A stretch of 64,000 bases of DNA from an uncultured Clostridia bacterium (GTDB lineage: Bacteria; Bacillota; Clostridia; TANB77; CAG-508). Each line of letters opens with the position of its first letter. Position 1 is the first letter of the stretch. Made by a program: the position numbers and the translations under genes. This document shows positions 9,186-20,066 of the stretch, one piece after another. The DNA lies in the NCBI GenBank assembly GCA_904387305.1, contig CAJFLB010000003.1, positions 1,169 through 65,168 on the forward strand. The letters run 5' to 3'. A model generated the notes under the pieces. It was not told where the DNA came from and did not search any database. It saw only the letters and a list, made by a program, of their open reading frames with translations.

Positions 9186-10664
9186 TTATAAAATAATACA
9201 GATTAATCCACCACTACCTTCATTGACAATTCTTTCTAATGTTTCTTGTAATTTTATTTGTGCTTCTTCTGGCATTTTAGCAAGTTTAGTTTGTAAGCCT
9301 TCATTTACCAATTCGTGTAAACTCTTTCCAAATATATTTGATTCCCAGATTTTTTGAGGATCACTTTCAAATCCAGAAAGTAAGTAATTGACTAATTCTT
9401 CAGATTGTTTTTCAGAACCAACAATTGGGCATACTTCAGTTGCAACATTTGTTTTTATAAGGTGAATAGAAGGAGCCATGGCTTTTAATTTTACTCCAAA
9501 TTTAGAACCTTGTTTTACCATTTCTGGTTCTTCTAAAATTAATTCATCCATTGAAGGTGTAACAATTCCATAACCTTTTCTATTAACTTCATCTAATGCA
9601 TAAGCGATTTTATCATATTTCTTTTTTACATCAGCTAATTCAGAGATAATGCTAAATAAATCTCCTTCATTAGAAACAGGAACACCTGTAATTTCTGTAA
9701 GTACTTGGTAGAATAGTTCTTCTTTTAAAGTAATTTCTACATTTACTCTTCCAGTTCCTAATTGAATATCTGTTATAGAAGTTTTTGAAATGATTTCTGT
9801 TTGCTTAATGGTATCTGCACAGCTTGATATTTCTTTTAGTACATTTACATTAGAAAAAGCATCTCTAATTTCTTTAAATAATTCTGTTTTTAAAGGGTGT
9901 GACATATCTAATCCATCAATCCATCTAGGAAATTTGATACAGATTTGGTCAACAGGAAATTCATATAATACTTTAGAAAACATGGTATTAATATTTTCAA
10001 TCGTTAAATATTCACAATTAAGAGGCATAACAGATGTATTGTATTTCTCGCTTAATTCTTCTGTAAGCTCTTTGGTATATTCTGAATCAGGGTCATTTGA
10101 ATTTAGCAAAATGATAAAAGGTTTGTTCAAGGCTTTTAATTCACCTACGACTCTTTCTTCAGCTTTTACATAATCTTCCCTTGGGATGTCTGTGATGGTT
10201 CCATCAGTTGTTACTAAAACACCAATAGTAGAATGTTCTTCAATTACTTTTTTTGTCCCAATTTCGGCAGCAGTTTCAAAAGGAATTTCTTTCTCAGACC
10301 AAGGTGTTTTTACCATTCTAGGCATGTCATCTTCTAAATAACCAATGGCATTATCCACTAAATATCCAACACAATCAACTAATCTTGCCTTAAACTTTAA
10401 ATTATCATTTAAGGTGATTTCAATGGCTTCGTTAGGAACAAATTTGGGCTCTGTTGTCATAATGGTTCTACCACCGGCACTTTGTGGGAGTTCATCTTTG
10501 GCCCTTTCTTTTTTGTATTCATTATCAATATTGGGAATGACTAATAAATCCATAAATCTTTTGATAAAAGTAGATTTACCAGTTCGTACAGGACCAACGA
10601 CTCCTACATAAATATCTCCATCAGTCCTTTTTGCGATGTCTTGATACAATCTTGTATTTTCCAT
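9186..10664 (-). CDS. spoIVA: Stage IV sporulation protein A (spore coat morphogenetic ATPase)
   Basis: DIAKRTDGDIYVGVVGPVRTGKSTFIKRFM N-terminus with Walker A; 492 aa, typical length; RBS gaaggagg. Confidence 0.95.
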   Translation of the reverse strand: MENTRLYQDIAKRTDGDIYVGVVGPVRTGKSTFIKRFMDLLVIPNIDNEYKKERAKDELPQSAGGRTIMTTEPKFVPNEAIEITLNDNLKFKARLVDCVGYLVDNAIGYLEDDMPRMVKTPWSEKEIPFETAAEIGTKKVIEEHSTIGVLVTTDGTITDIPREDYVKAEERVVGELKALNKPFIILLNSNDPDSEYTKELTEELSEKYNTSVMPLNCEYLTIENINTMFSKVLYEFPVDQICIKFPRWIDGLDMSHPLKTELFKEIRDAFSNVNVLKEISSCADTIKQTEIISKTSITDIQLGTGRVNVEITLKEELFYQVLTEITGVPVSNEGDLFSIISELADVKKKYDKIAYALDEVNRKGYGIVTPSMDELILEEPEMVKQGSKFGVKLKAMAPSIHLIKTNVATEVCPIVGSEKQSEELVNYLLSGFESDPQKIWESNIFGKSLHELVNEGLQTKLAKMPEEAQIKLQETLERIVNEGSGGLICIIL

Positions 10665-10900
10665 CTATATACCTCCTTCTAATTACTTTCAAAATGTTCG
10701 CATACTTTTAGAAAATGTAATTTTCCAAAAGTAAAATTGTTGCACACAATTTTATTGCATAAAATTAGTGCACGAACAAAGACGCGACATGTAATTTAAC
10801 TAAAAGGACAAAGTTTTTAATCATGTCGCTTTTGTTCTAAATTACTTTACTTAATGTATATTGGAAATTTTCTAGGTTTATGACAAGTTTTCCAAAAAAC

Positions 10901-10929
10901 TTGATAAAAATATTTGAGTATGATAAAAT
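10901..10929 (+). promoter_or_regulatory. Sigma-A-type promoter for the 10989 gene
   Basis: ttgata - 17 nt - taaaat with TG at the extended -10 position. Confidence 0.5.
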
Positions 10930-10988
10930 GTCAATATTAAAATTAAAACATATACTATACTATATTAGCTAAAAGGAGCGAAACCAAA

Positions 10989-12230
10989 ATGGATAAGGTA
11001 CAGGACACAATAGATATATTAAAAATGTACAACCAAGAACATATTATAAAATTGTTAGAGAATTTAGATGACCAAAAGAAACAAGCATTAGTAGAGCAAA
11101 TTAGCAAAATTGATTTTCATCAGTTAAAAGAATTATATGATAATACAAAAAAAGAAATAGAAATAAAAGAAAATAAAATAGAGCCATTACCCTATTTAGA
11201 TAAGAAAAAATTATCAGAAAAGCAAAAAGAAGAATTTCAAAGATTAGGAGAAGCTATCTTAGAAAAAGGTGAATATGCTGTAGTAACGATGGCAGGAGGT
11301 CAAGGAACAAGATTAGGACATTCGGGACCAAAAGGAACCTTTAAATTAGATGTTTATGGAAAAGGAAAATATTTATTTGAAATTTTAGCAGAAAATTTAA
11401 AAGAGGCAAATCAAAAATATGGAAAAGTGATTCCATGGTATATCATGACTAGTAAAGAAAATAATGATGAAACAATAAACTTCATGGAAAAACATAACTA
11501 TTTTGGATATGACAAAGATTCATTAAGATTTTTTGCACAAAGTGAGCTACCTTTAGTAGATGCAAATGGAAAACTATTAGTAGGAAAAGATATGAAAATA
11601 AGGGAAGCATCTGATGGAAATGGTGGCACATATTCTTCTTTAAGAGCAAGTGGTTGTTTAGCAGAAATGAAAGAAAAAGGAATTAAATGGGTATTTATTG
11701 GAGGAGTCGATAATGCTTTACTAAAAATGGCAGATACTATTTTGTTGGGAATGGCAATTGATAAAAAAGTACAAATCGCATCAAAATCAATTGTTAAAGC
11801 AAATCCACATGAACGTGTAGGGGTATTTGCGAAGATGAATGGACACCCTAAAGTTATTGAATATTCAGAAATGCCAGAAAAAATGGCAGAAGAAGTAGAT
11901 AATGATGGAGAACTAAAATATGGAGAAGCGCATATTATGTGTAATCTATATACAATAGAAGCCATTGAAAAAATTAGTAAAGAAACATTGATTTATCATA
12001 GTGCTTTTAAGAAAAATTCATATATAGATGAAAATGGAAGAGAAGTTATTCCAACAGAACCAAATTCTTTTAAATTTGAATCATTTATTTTTGATGCATT
12101 TGAATTATTTGATGATATTGCTATATTAAGAGGAAAAAGGGAAGATGACTTTGCGCCTGTAAAAAATAAGGAAGGAGTCGATAGTCCCAAAACAGCAAAG
12201 GAATTATATGAAAAATTTTGGAACAAATAA
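10989..12230 (+). CDS. UDPGP-family (eukaryote-type UAP-like) UDP-sugar / UDP-N-acetylhexosamine pyrophosphorylase
   Basis: MAGGQGTRLGHSGPKGTF signature of the UTP-sugar-1-P uridylyltransferase family; 413 aa; RBS aaaaggag. Confidence 0.8.
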   Translation: MDKVQDTIDILKMYNQEHIIKLLENLDDQKKQALVEQISKIDFHQLKELYDNTKKEIEIKENKIEPLPYLDKKKLSEKQKEEFQRLGEAILEKGEYAVVTMAGGQGTRLGHSGPKGTFKLDVYGKGKYLFEILAENLKEANQKYGKVIPWYIMTSKENNDETINFMEKHNYFGYDKDSLRFFAQSELPLVDANGKLLVGKDMKIREASDGNGGTYSSLRASGCLAEMKEKGIKWVFIGGVDNALLKMADTILLGMAIDKKVQIASKSIVKANPHERVGVFAKMNGHPKVIEYSEMPEKMAEEVDNDGELKYGEAHIMCNLYTIEAIEKISKETLIYHSAFKKNSYIDENGREVIPTEPNSFKFESFIFDAFELFDDIAILRGKREDDFAPVKNKEGVDSPKTAKELYEKFWNK

Positions 12231-12383
12231 CTTGCTAAAAGGGATGGGACATTTTGGTAACCTTTGAAAAATTTAGGAGAAGGAATCAGTTTTCTTTTTA
12301 TTAATGGAATATCAATAGGCTAAGACGCTTTAATGACGTGAGATAGAAGAATTTCATTTTGAAAATTGAAAGGAATGTAGAAA

Positions 12384-13055
12384 ATGGAAGAATGTAAAAT
12401 AAAAAATTTATATAATTTAGAAGAAACGATTGCAAAAGAATTATTAGAAAAAAGTACATATCCATGGGAAGTATTACCAAATATAGAAGACTATATTTTA
12501 GAATTAGGAGAAACATTAGATAAAGGTGAATATGAAAAAATAGGAGAAAATGTGTGGATTGCTAAAAGTGCAAAAGTGGCACCAACAGCATACATTAATG
12601 GACCAGCAATTATTGGAAAAGAAGCAGAAATAAGACATTGTGCATTTATTAGAGGAAATGCGATTGTAGGAGAAGGAGCAGTTGTTGGGAATTCTACAGA
12701 ATTAAAAAATGTTATTTTATTTAATAAAGTGCAAGTTCCACATTATAATTATGTCGGAGATTCTATCTTAGGATATAAAGCACATATGGGAGCAGGTTCT
12801 ATTACATCTAATGTAAAATCAGATAAACAATTAGTTATCATCAAAAACGGAAAAGAAACCATAGAAACTAAGAGGAAAAAAGTAGGAGCTATGCTTGGGG
12901 ATCATGTAGAAGTAGGTTGTGGTTCTGTATTAAATCCAGGAACTGTTATTGGAAGAAATTCAAATATTTATCCATTGTCTTCTGTAAGAGGTGTTGTTCC
13001 AGAAAACAGTATTTATAAGAATAAGAATGAAGTAGTAAAAAAACAAGATAGTTAA
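12384..13055 (+). CDS. Left-handed beta-helix (hexapeptide-repeat) transferase, GlmU C-terminal-domain-like
   Basis: Repeated [LIV]-G-x-x-x-x hexads (IGKEAEI, IVGEGAVVG, LGYKAHMGAGS, VGCGSVL, IGRNSNI). Confidence 0.7.
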   Translation: MEECKIKNLYNLEETIAKELLEKSTYPWEVLPNIEDYILELGETLDKGEYEKIGENVWIAKSAKVAPTAYINGPAIIGKEAEIRHCAFIRGNAIVGEGAVVGNSTELKNVILFNKVQVPHYNYVGDSILGYKAHMGAGSITSNVKSDKQLVIIKNGKETIETKRKKVGAMLGDHVEVGCGSVLNPGTVIGRNSNIYPLSSVRGVVPENSIYKNKNEVVKKQDS

Positions 13056-13153
13056 ATCAATTTAATAGGGAAAATTTTAATAAAGGAATTTGTGAAATTT
13101 CCTTTATTTTTTTATCTTAATTGTATATAATAGGAAAGAAAACAAAATGACAA

Positions 13154-15281
<2,128 letters not shown>

Positions 15282-15296
15282 ATATCTAATTGGGTG

Positions 15297-15382
15297 TTTT
15301 GGGACCATTGGGATCAGATCTGTTTGGACCCCGCTTGGAATCAAAATGGGTCCAAACAGATCTGATCCCAATGGCCCCAAAA
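15297..15382. repeat. GGGAC/GGACC-type inverted repeat (35-bp arms, 16-nt loop) after ligA
   Basis: ttttgggaccattgggatcagatctgtttggaccc versus its reverse complement at 15348-15382, one mismatch. Confidence 0.85.
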
Positions 15383-15410
15383 CTTCTCAATTGAACAAAA
15401 GGAGGAAAAA

Positions 15411-15665
15411 ATGGACAAAAACTATACATTTGAAATGATGTGGGAAGATTTAGATGATGGTTATCAAATTTATTATACTTATGTAAGAAATCGCTATTTA
15501 TTATTTAAAACAGCATCAAATTGTTATACACAAAAATTATTATCTACCAATCCTAAAAATCCACAACCTAAAATGACAATGCTTACTTTGAAAAGAGTAA
15601 AAGAAATGTTTCCACATATGGAAAATATTGAATATCATATAGGAATACCTGGTGAAGAATCATAA
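15411..15665 (+). CDS. Hypothetical small protein (84 aa)
   Basis: ATG preceded by aaaggagg; no motif. Confidence 0.5.
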   Translation: MDKNYTFEMMWEDLDDGYQIYYTYVRNRYLLFKTASNCYTQKLLSTNPKNPQPKMTMLTLKRVKEMFPHMENIEYHIGIPGEES

Positions 15666-15704
15666 GTATGATGATTAGAAATTATAAATGAAAGTGGTGG
15701 ACAT

Positions 15705-16325
15705 ATGGTAAAAAATATCATATTTGATTTAATGAAGGTTGTTATAAAAAAAGATTCTGATATAAAAACATTAATGAATTTTACGAATGACATAGATAAA
15801 GCAGAAGATTTACAAAAATACATATATATAACAAAAGAATGGAAATTATTAGATTTAGGGAATATTAGCCATGAGCAAGCAATAAAAGAAATGCAAAGAA
15901 AAGCACCAAAGGAATATAGTGAATTAATTGAAGAGGTAATGAATAATAGGTGTCAGTATTTTACAGTTAATAAAGAAACTGTAGAAATTGCAAAAACATT
16001 AAAAGAAAAAGGATATCATATATATGTTTTATCAAATATGTCAGAATTGGCTTATACATATTTTAAAGATGTAGATTTTTTTAAAATATGTGACGGTATT
16101 ATAATCTCAGCTTACGAACATTTGGTAAAACCTGATGAAAAGATATTTATGACTTTATTAGATAGATATGATTTAAAACCAGAAGAATGTTTATTTATTG
16201 ATGATGATGACACAGGAAAAAGTCTGGAAACTGCAAATCGATTAGGCATTTTAGGAAGAAAAGTAAAACCAAATGATAGCCAAGATGTTTTAACATTATT
16301 AAAAGAATATAAAATTGAAATTTAA
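15705..16325 (+). CDS. HAD-superfamily hydrolase, subfamily IA variant 3 (YihX-like)
   Basis: Motif I IIFDLMKVV, motif IV FIDDDD, cap region typical of subfamily IA. Confidence 0.7.
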   Translation: MVKNIIFDLMKVVIKKDSDIKTLMNFTNDIDKAEDLQKYIYITKEWKLLDLGNISHEQAIKEMQRKAPKEYSELIEEVMNNRCQYFTVNKETVEIAKTLKEKGYHIYVLSNMSELAYTYFKDVDFFKICDGIIISAYEHLVKPDEKIFMTLLDRYDLKPEECLFIDDDDTGKSLETANRLGILGRKVKPNDSQDVLTLLKEYKIEI

Positions 16326-16352
16326 AAGATATATAGGGAAAGTGAAAAGAAT

Positions 16353-16607
16353 ATGGAAGATATTGAAAAAATTATAAAACAAACCAATGAACAAAACCAA
16401 GAAAAGATAGATTGGACAAAAGCTTGGAGTAAAAAGTATCCTGTATTAGCAACATATACAAATAAAGTTGATGTGGAAAGATATGGTAAAGAAATTAGAA
16501 AATTATTAGAAAGTTTACAACAAGAATATCAGTATACACAATTAGATGCTATGCTAGTTTTAAAAGACATTTTATATCAAGAATGGAAAAAGCAAAAGAG
16601 AAAATAG
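16353..16607 (+). CDS. Hypothetical small protein (84 aa)
   Basis: ORF with RBS-like agggaaagtgaaaag; no motif. Confidence 0.45.
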   Translation: MEDIEKIIKQTNEQNQEKIDWTKAWSKKYPVLATYTNKVDVERYGKEIRKLLESLQQEYQYTQLDAMLVLKDILYQEWKKQKRK

Positions 16608-16705
16608 AGAAAAGGAGATAAATTCACATATAATTCACATTTCTTGCAAAAATTATACATATACAGATAGTATATTTATAATCATAAACATCCCCTTTTT
16701 TTCAT

Positions 16706-16747
16706 AGCTATTCTGTTAAAAAATATAGAAAAACAGGATAGCTTTTT
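16706..16747 (+). terminator. Intrinsic terminator
   Basis: agctattctgt / acaggatagct stem (one G-U pair) followed by tttt. Confidence 0.6.
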
Positions 16748-16758
16748 ACATATTTATA

Positions 16759-16787
16759 TTGCAAAAAGAAATGTGTTAGTATATAAT
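16759..16787 (+). promoter_or_regulatory. Sigma-A-type promoter of folD
   Basis: ttgcaa - 17 nt - tataat. Confidence 0.6.
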
Positions 16788-16844
16788 CAGTTGAGAAAAG
16801 AAGGAAAGGAGATATAGAGACATCTACTCTATAGAATAGGAAAA

Positions 16845-17696
16845 ATGGCAGTAATTATTGATGGAAAAGAATTAGCAAAAAAAGTAAGAAGTGATTTAAA
16901 AATAGAATGTGAAAATTTGAAAGCAAAAGGAATCAATCCTAAATTTGCAGTTATCATGGTAGGAGATGATCCAGCTTCAAAGGTATATGTTAGAACAAAG
17001 AGTAAAGCATGTGATGAGATTGGAGTAGAATATGAAGAACATATATTAGATGCAAGTATTACACAAAAAGAATTGATTGACTTAATCCATAAACTAAATG
17101 AAGATAAAACAGTTAATGGAATATTATTACAAAGTCCAATCCCAAAACATTTAGATATAGATGAAGCTTTTAGAGAAATATCTTATGAAAAGGATGTGGA
17201 TGGTTTTAATCCAATCAATGTAGGAAAACTATTATTAAATCAAGATACATTTATATCTTGTACACCTTTTGGAATTATGAAAATGTTTGAAGAATATCAT
17301 ATAGATTTAGAAGGTAAAAACTTAGTTATCATTGGAAGAAGCAATATTGTAGGAAAACCACTTATGGCATGTTGCTTAAATAAACATGCAACCGTTACGA
17401 TTTGCCATTCAAGGACAAAAGAATTAAAAGAAAAAACTAGAAATGCAGATATATTAGTAGCTGCAATTGGAAAACCAAATTATGTAACAGCAGATATGGT
17501 AAAAGAAGGAGCAGTTATTATTGATGTAGGAATCAACAGAGGAAAAGACAAAAAAATAACAGGAGACGTTGATTTCGAAAATGTAAAAGAAAAAGCAAGC
17601 TATATTACACCAGTTCCAGGGGGAGTGGGACCAATGACAGTAGCAATGCTTATGAATAATGTAATAAAGGCAACAAAAAATCAAAACAATATATAA
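16845..17696 (+). CDS. folD: Bifunctional methylenetetrahydrofolate dehydrogenase / methenyl-THF cyclohydrolase
   Basis: MAVIIDGKELAKKVR, VGDDPASKVYVRTK, GRSNIVGKP, PVPGGVGPMT. Confidence 0.95.
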   Translation: MAVIIDGKELAKKVRSDLKIECENLKAKGINPKFAVIMVGDDPASKVYVRTKSKACDEIGVEYEEHILDASITQKELIDLIHKLNEDKTVNGILLQSPIPKHLDIDEAFREISYEKDVDGFNPINVGKLLLNQDTFISCTPFGIMKMFEEYHIDLEGKNLVIIGRSNIVGKPLMACCLNKHATVTICHSRTKELKEKTRNADILVAAIGKPNYVTADMVKEGAVIIDVGINRGKDKKITGDVDFENVKEKASYITPVPGGVGPMTVAMLMNNVIKATKNQNNI

Positions 17697-17720
17697 ATTT
17701 AAAAAATATAAAAATCAAGG

Positions 17721-17747
17721 GGCGCTTAAATATTAAGTGTCTTTTTT
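17721..17747 (+). terminator. Probable terminator after folD
   Basis: ggcgcttaa-ata-ttaagtgtc (9 bp including two G-U pairs) followed by tttttt. Confidence 0.5.
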
Positions 17748-17800
17748 GTTGTACAAGAAAAATTACATAGCAATTTTTCGCATGGACAAATCTTTACATC
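17748..17800 (+). repeat. Conserved ~55-nt intergenic motif, copy 1 (gttgtacaagaaaaattac-ata-gcaatttttcgcatggacaaatcttta)
   Basis: About 80% identical by hand alignment to 43316-43369, same orientation; contains an A/T-rich 10-bp palindromic stem. Confidence 0.7.
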
Positions 17801-17825
17801 TCAAAATTTAAAAATATAGCAAGGG

Positions 17826-18704
17826 GTGATGACAATAGAAGAATTAGAAAAGAAAAAATATTGGATATGGCTATCCTGTATAAAAGGTTTAGGAAGCAAA
17901 AGAAAACAAATATTATTAAAAAAGTATAAAACACCAAAAAAAATATATACTTTAAAGAAAGAAGAGATTTTGCAAATCAAGGAATTTGATGAAATATTAG
18001 CAGAAAATATAATATGTAAAAAGAACAGGGAGGATATAAAAAGACAGATAGATTTTATGCAAAAAGAAAATATAAAAATTCTTACAATAGAAGATAAAGA
18101 ATATCCTAAAATTTTAAAAACAATATACGATTATCCAATTAGTATATATGTAAAAGGAAATGAAAAGATATTAAATATGCCATCAATTGGAATTGTAGGA
18201 TGTAGAGAATCTACTTCTTATGGAGAAAAAGTGGCTCAATATTTTGCATATCATTTATCCAAAAGGAATATCAATATTATTAGTGGCCTTGCAAAAGGGA
18301 TAGATAGTCAGTCTCATATTGGTGCCATAAAAGCAAAAGGAATCACAATAGGTGTTATTGGAAATGGATTAGATATGGTGTATCCTAAAGAAAACCAATA
18401 TTTATATGATAAAATAATCGAAGAAAATGGTGCGATTATATCAGAATACCCTATAGGGACTAAGCCTGAAAAAATGAATTTCCCAGCAAGGAATAGAATA
18501 ATTAGTGGTATGAGTAAAGGAATTCTAGTGATTGAAGCAAAAAAGAAAAGTGGAACATTAATAACTGTGGATTTTGCACTAGAACAAGGAAGAAATGTAT
18601 ATGTAGTACCAGGAAATATTGATGAAATGAATTCGGTAGGAACAAATGACTTAATTAAACAAGGAGCACAAATAGTAACAAGTCATAGAGATATTGAATT
18701 GTAA
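17826..18704 (+). CDS. dprA: DNA processing protein DprA (Smf)
   Basis: GIVGCRESTSYG, SGLAKGIDS, FPARNRIISG, Rossmann-like DprA core; start is either GTG 17826 or ATG 17829. Confidence 0.88.
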   Translation: MMTIEELEKKKYWIWLSCIKGLGSKRKQILLKKYKTPKKIYTLKKEEILQIKEFDEILAENIICKKNREDIKRQIDFMQKENIKILTIEDKEYPKILKTIYDYPISIYVKGNEKILNMPSIGIVGCRESTSYGEKVAQYFAYHLSKRNINIISGLAKGIDSQSHIGAIKAKGITIGVIGNGLDMVYPKENQYLYDKIIEENGAIISEYPIGTKPEKMNFPARNRIISGMSKGILVIEAKKKSGTLITVDFALEQGRNVYVVPGNIDEMNSVGTNDLIKQGAQIVTSHRDIEL

Positions 18705-18794
18705 CAATGAAATTCAGCAAAAATTCACAAACTGTATATTTACTTATCATATTTAAAATGATATAATGGCAAAAATGAAAAGTGGGAGAAAAAT

Positions 18795-19469
18795 ATGACA
18801 AGAGTAAAATTAAAAGATAGAATATTACCCCAATATACAAAAGGAGAAGAAATATTTAATATGACATCACATATTGTAGGGGCAGTTTTAGGAATAGTAG
18901 CAACTGTTTTGTGTATTGTATTTGCAGCTATTCATGGAAATGGATATGGGGTTGTTAGTGGTTCTATCTATGGTGTGACCATGATTATATTATATACAAT
19001 GTCTAGTATTTATCATGGATTAAGTCCAAAAAGATATTCCAAAAGAGTCTTTCAAGTATTAGATCATTGCTCCATATTTTTATTAATTGCAGGTTCTTAT
19101 ACACCATTTGCATTATGCACATTAAGAGGATATAGTACAGCAACTGGTTGGACGATATTTGGTATTATATGGGCTATGGCAATACTGGGGATTGTATTAA
19201 ATTCAATTGATATAAAAAAATTTAAAAAATTTTCGATGATATGCTACTTAGTTATGGGGTGGTGTATTGTTGTAAAAATCAATTTGTTACCACAATTGTT
19301 AGGAATAGCAGGATTTAGCTTATTATTAGCTGGTGGAATTGCTTATACAATAGGAGCGATTTTATATGGTGTTGGAAAAAAACACAAATGGATGCATTCT
19401 GTTTTCCATATGTTTATTTTATTAGGTAGCATTTTACAATTTTTCTGCATATTATTATATGTCATGTAA
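18795..19469 (+). CDS. Hemolysin III / PAQR family membrane protein
   Basis: Seven hydrophobic segments, SSIYHG, LDHCSIFLLIAGSYTP, HSVFHMF motifs. Confidence 0.85.
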   Translation: MTRVKLKDRILPQYTKGEEIFNMTSHIVGAVLGIVATVLCIVFAAIHGNGYGVVSGSIYGVTMIILYTMSSIYHGLSPKRYSKRVFQVLDHCSIFLLIAGSYTPFALCTLRGYSTATGWTIFGIIWAMAILGIVLNSIDIKKFKKFSMICYLVMGWCIVVKINLLPQLLGIAGFSLLLAGGIAYTIGAILYGVGKKHKWMHSVFHMFILLGSILQFFCILLYVM

Positions 19470-19764
19470 AAAGTTTAAGCTTGTCATATACAGAAAATAT
19501 TATCAATTGTTAAGATAAGAGTTAATTTTTTCTATACAACGAAAAAAGAAGGTTTAAAAACCTTCAGACACTCACAAATATACATTTATTTTACCATAAA
19601 AATAACAAAAAATCAAATGAAGGAAACTTAAAGAAAGAGAGAATATAAACGGAAAAACGAGATAAAATAATATAAAGAAAGAAAAGATATAATTAAAAAA
19701 GAAAAAAGCATTTGTAAAACAAATTTAAATGTGTTAATATATAAATAATCTAATAAGGATTGCA

Positions 19765-19950
19765 AAAATCCCTGCGTAGTACGTAAGAGCATAATTTTTA
19801 GAACCAACAAATTATAAGAGGGGCCGATCTCTTGAATATGGCGTGCATGCTCACAGTATATAGTGAGAAGCCCATGAGTATTTAGGTAGGCACCCACCTG
19901 TTTTTAGGAGCAGGTCCTTAAAAATTAAAAGGCTGACGGCTAAGGCGGGG
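19765..19950. ncRNA. Candidate structured non-coding RNA of unknown class (GC-rich island in a 600-bp gene-free interval)
   Basis: Visibly GC-rich versus flanks; local stems aagag/ctctt, ctcac/gtgag, acctg/caggt, ggatt/aatcc; ends in ggcggggctttttttt; the only ORF (19628-19897, minus) has no RBS. Confidence 0.3.
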
Positions 19951-20066
19951 CTTTTTTTTATTGCTTTTTTTCATATACAATGATAAAATGAAGATGAAAT
20001 TTAAAAGACGATTTGATTGTCTAAAGTTTAATAAAATAGAACAAAAAAAGAAAGAAGGTGTAGTAT

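Noticed and set aside
9790-10173. Antisense ORFs inside well-supported genes (for example 9790-10173 and 10345-10611 in spoIVA, 11498-11965, 14069-14359, 14699-15130, 35600-36028, 37938-38282, 43975-44412, 45037-45393, 59820-60341)
   Set aside because: Each lies fully within, and antisense to, a gene with clear family motifs. They lack RBSs and have low-complexity S/F/I/L-rich translations typical of the reverse frame of AT-rich, Lys/Glu-rich genes.
15705-16325. HAD hydrolase motif I reads DLMKV instead of DxDxT, so it might be inactive
   Set aside because: Subfamily IA variant 3 (YihX-like) members commonly have FDLGxV with no second Asp, so this is within normal family variation.
16608-16844. 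ZTP (pfl) or THF riboswitch upstream of folD
   Set aside because: The spacer contains only a terminator for the upstream gene and a consensus promoter 55 nt before the ATG. No GGGUCGUGA / CCGGGC..CCUGGGC or THF consensus segments were seen.
19628-19897. 89-aa minus-strand ORF in the hlyIII-prmC spacer
   Set aside because: No RBS, a low-complexity C-terminal half, and overlap with the GC-rich structured island. Treated as non-coding.
19765-19950. Identification of the GC-rich island as SRP RNA, 6S RNA, tmRNA, RNase P RNA, M-box, ykkC or another known riboswitch
   Set aside because: I could not find the diagnostic conserved strings (for example GGAAGCAGC of SRP domain IV, GAGGAAAGUCC of RNase P, the tmRNA tag/CCA end, GUUAGGUGAGGCUCC of the M-box). 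Partial resemblances (caggtcc, taggtaggcaccc) are too weak.
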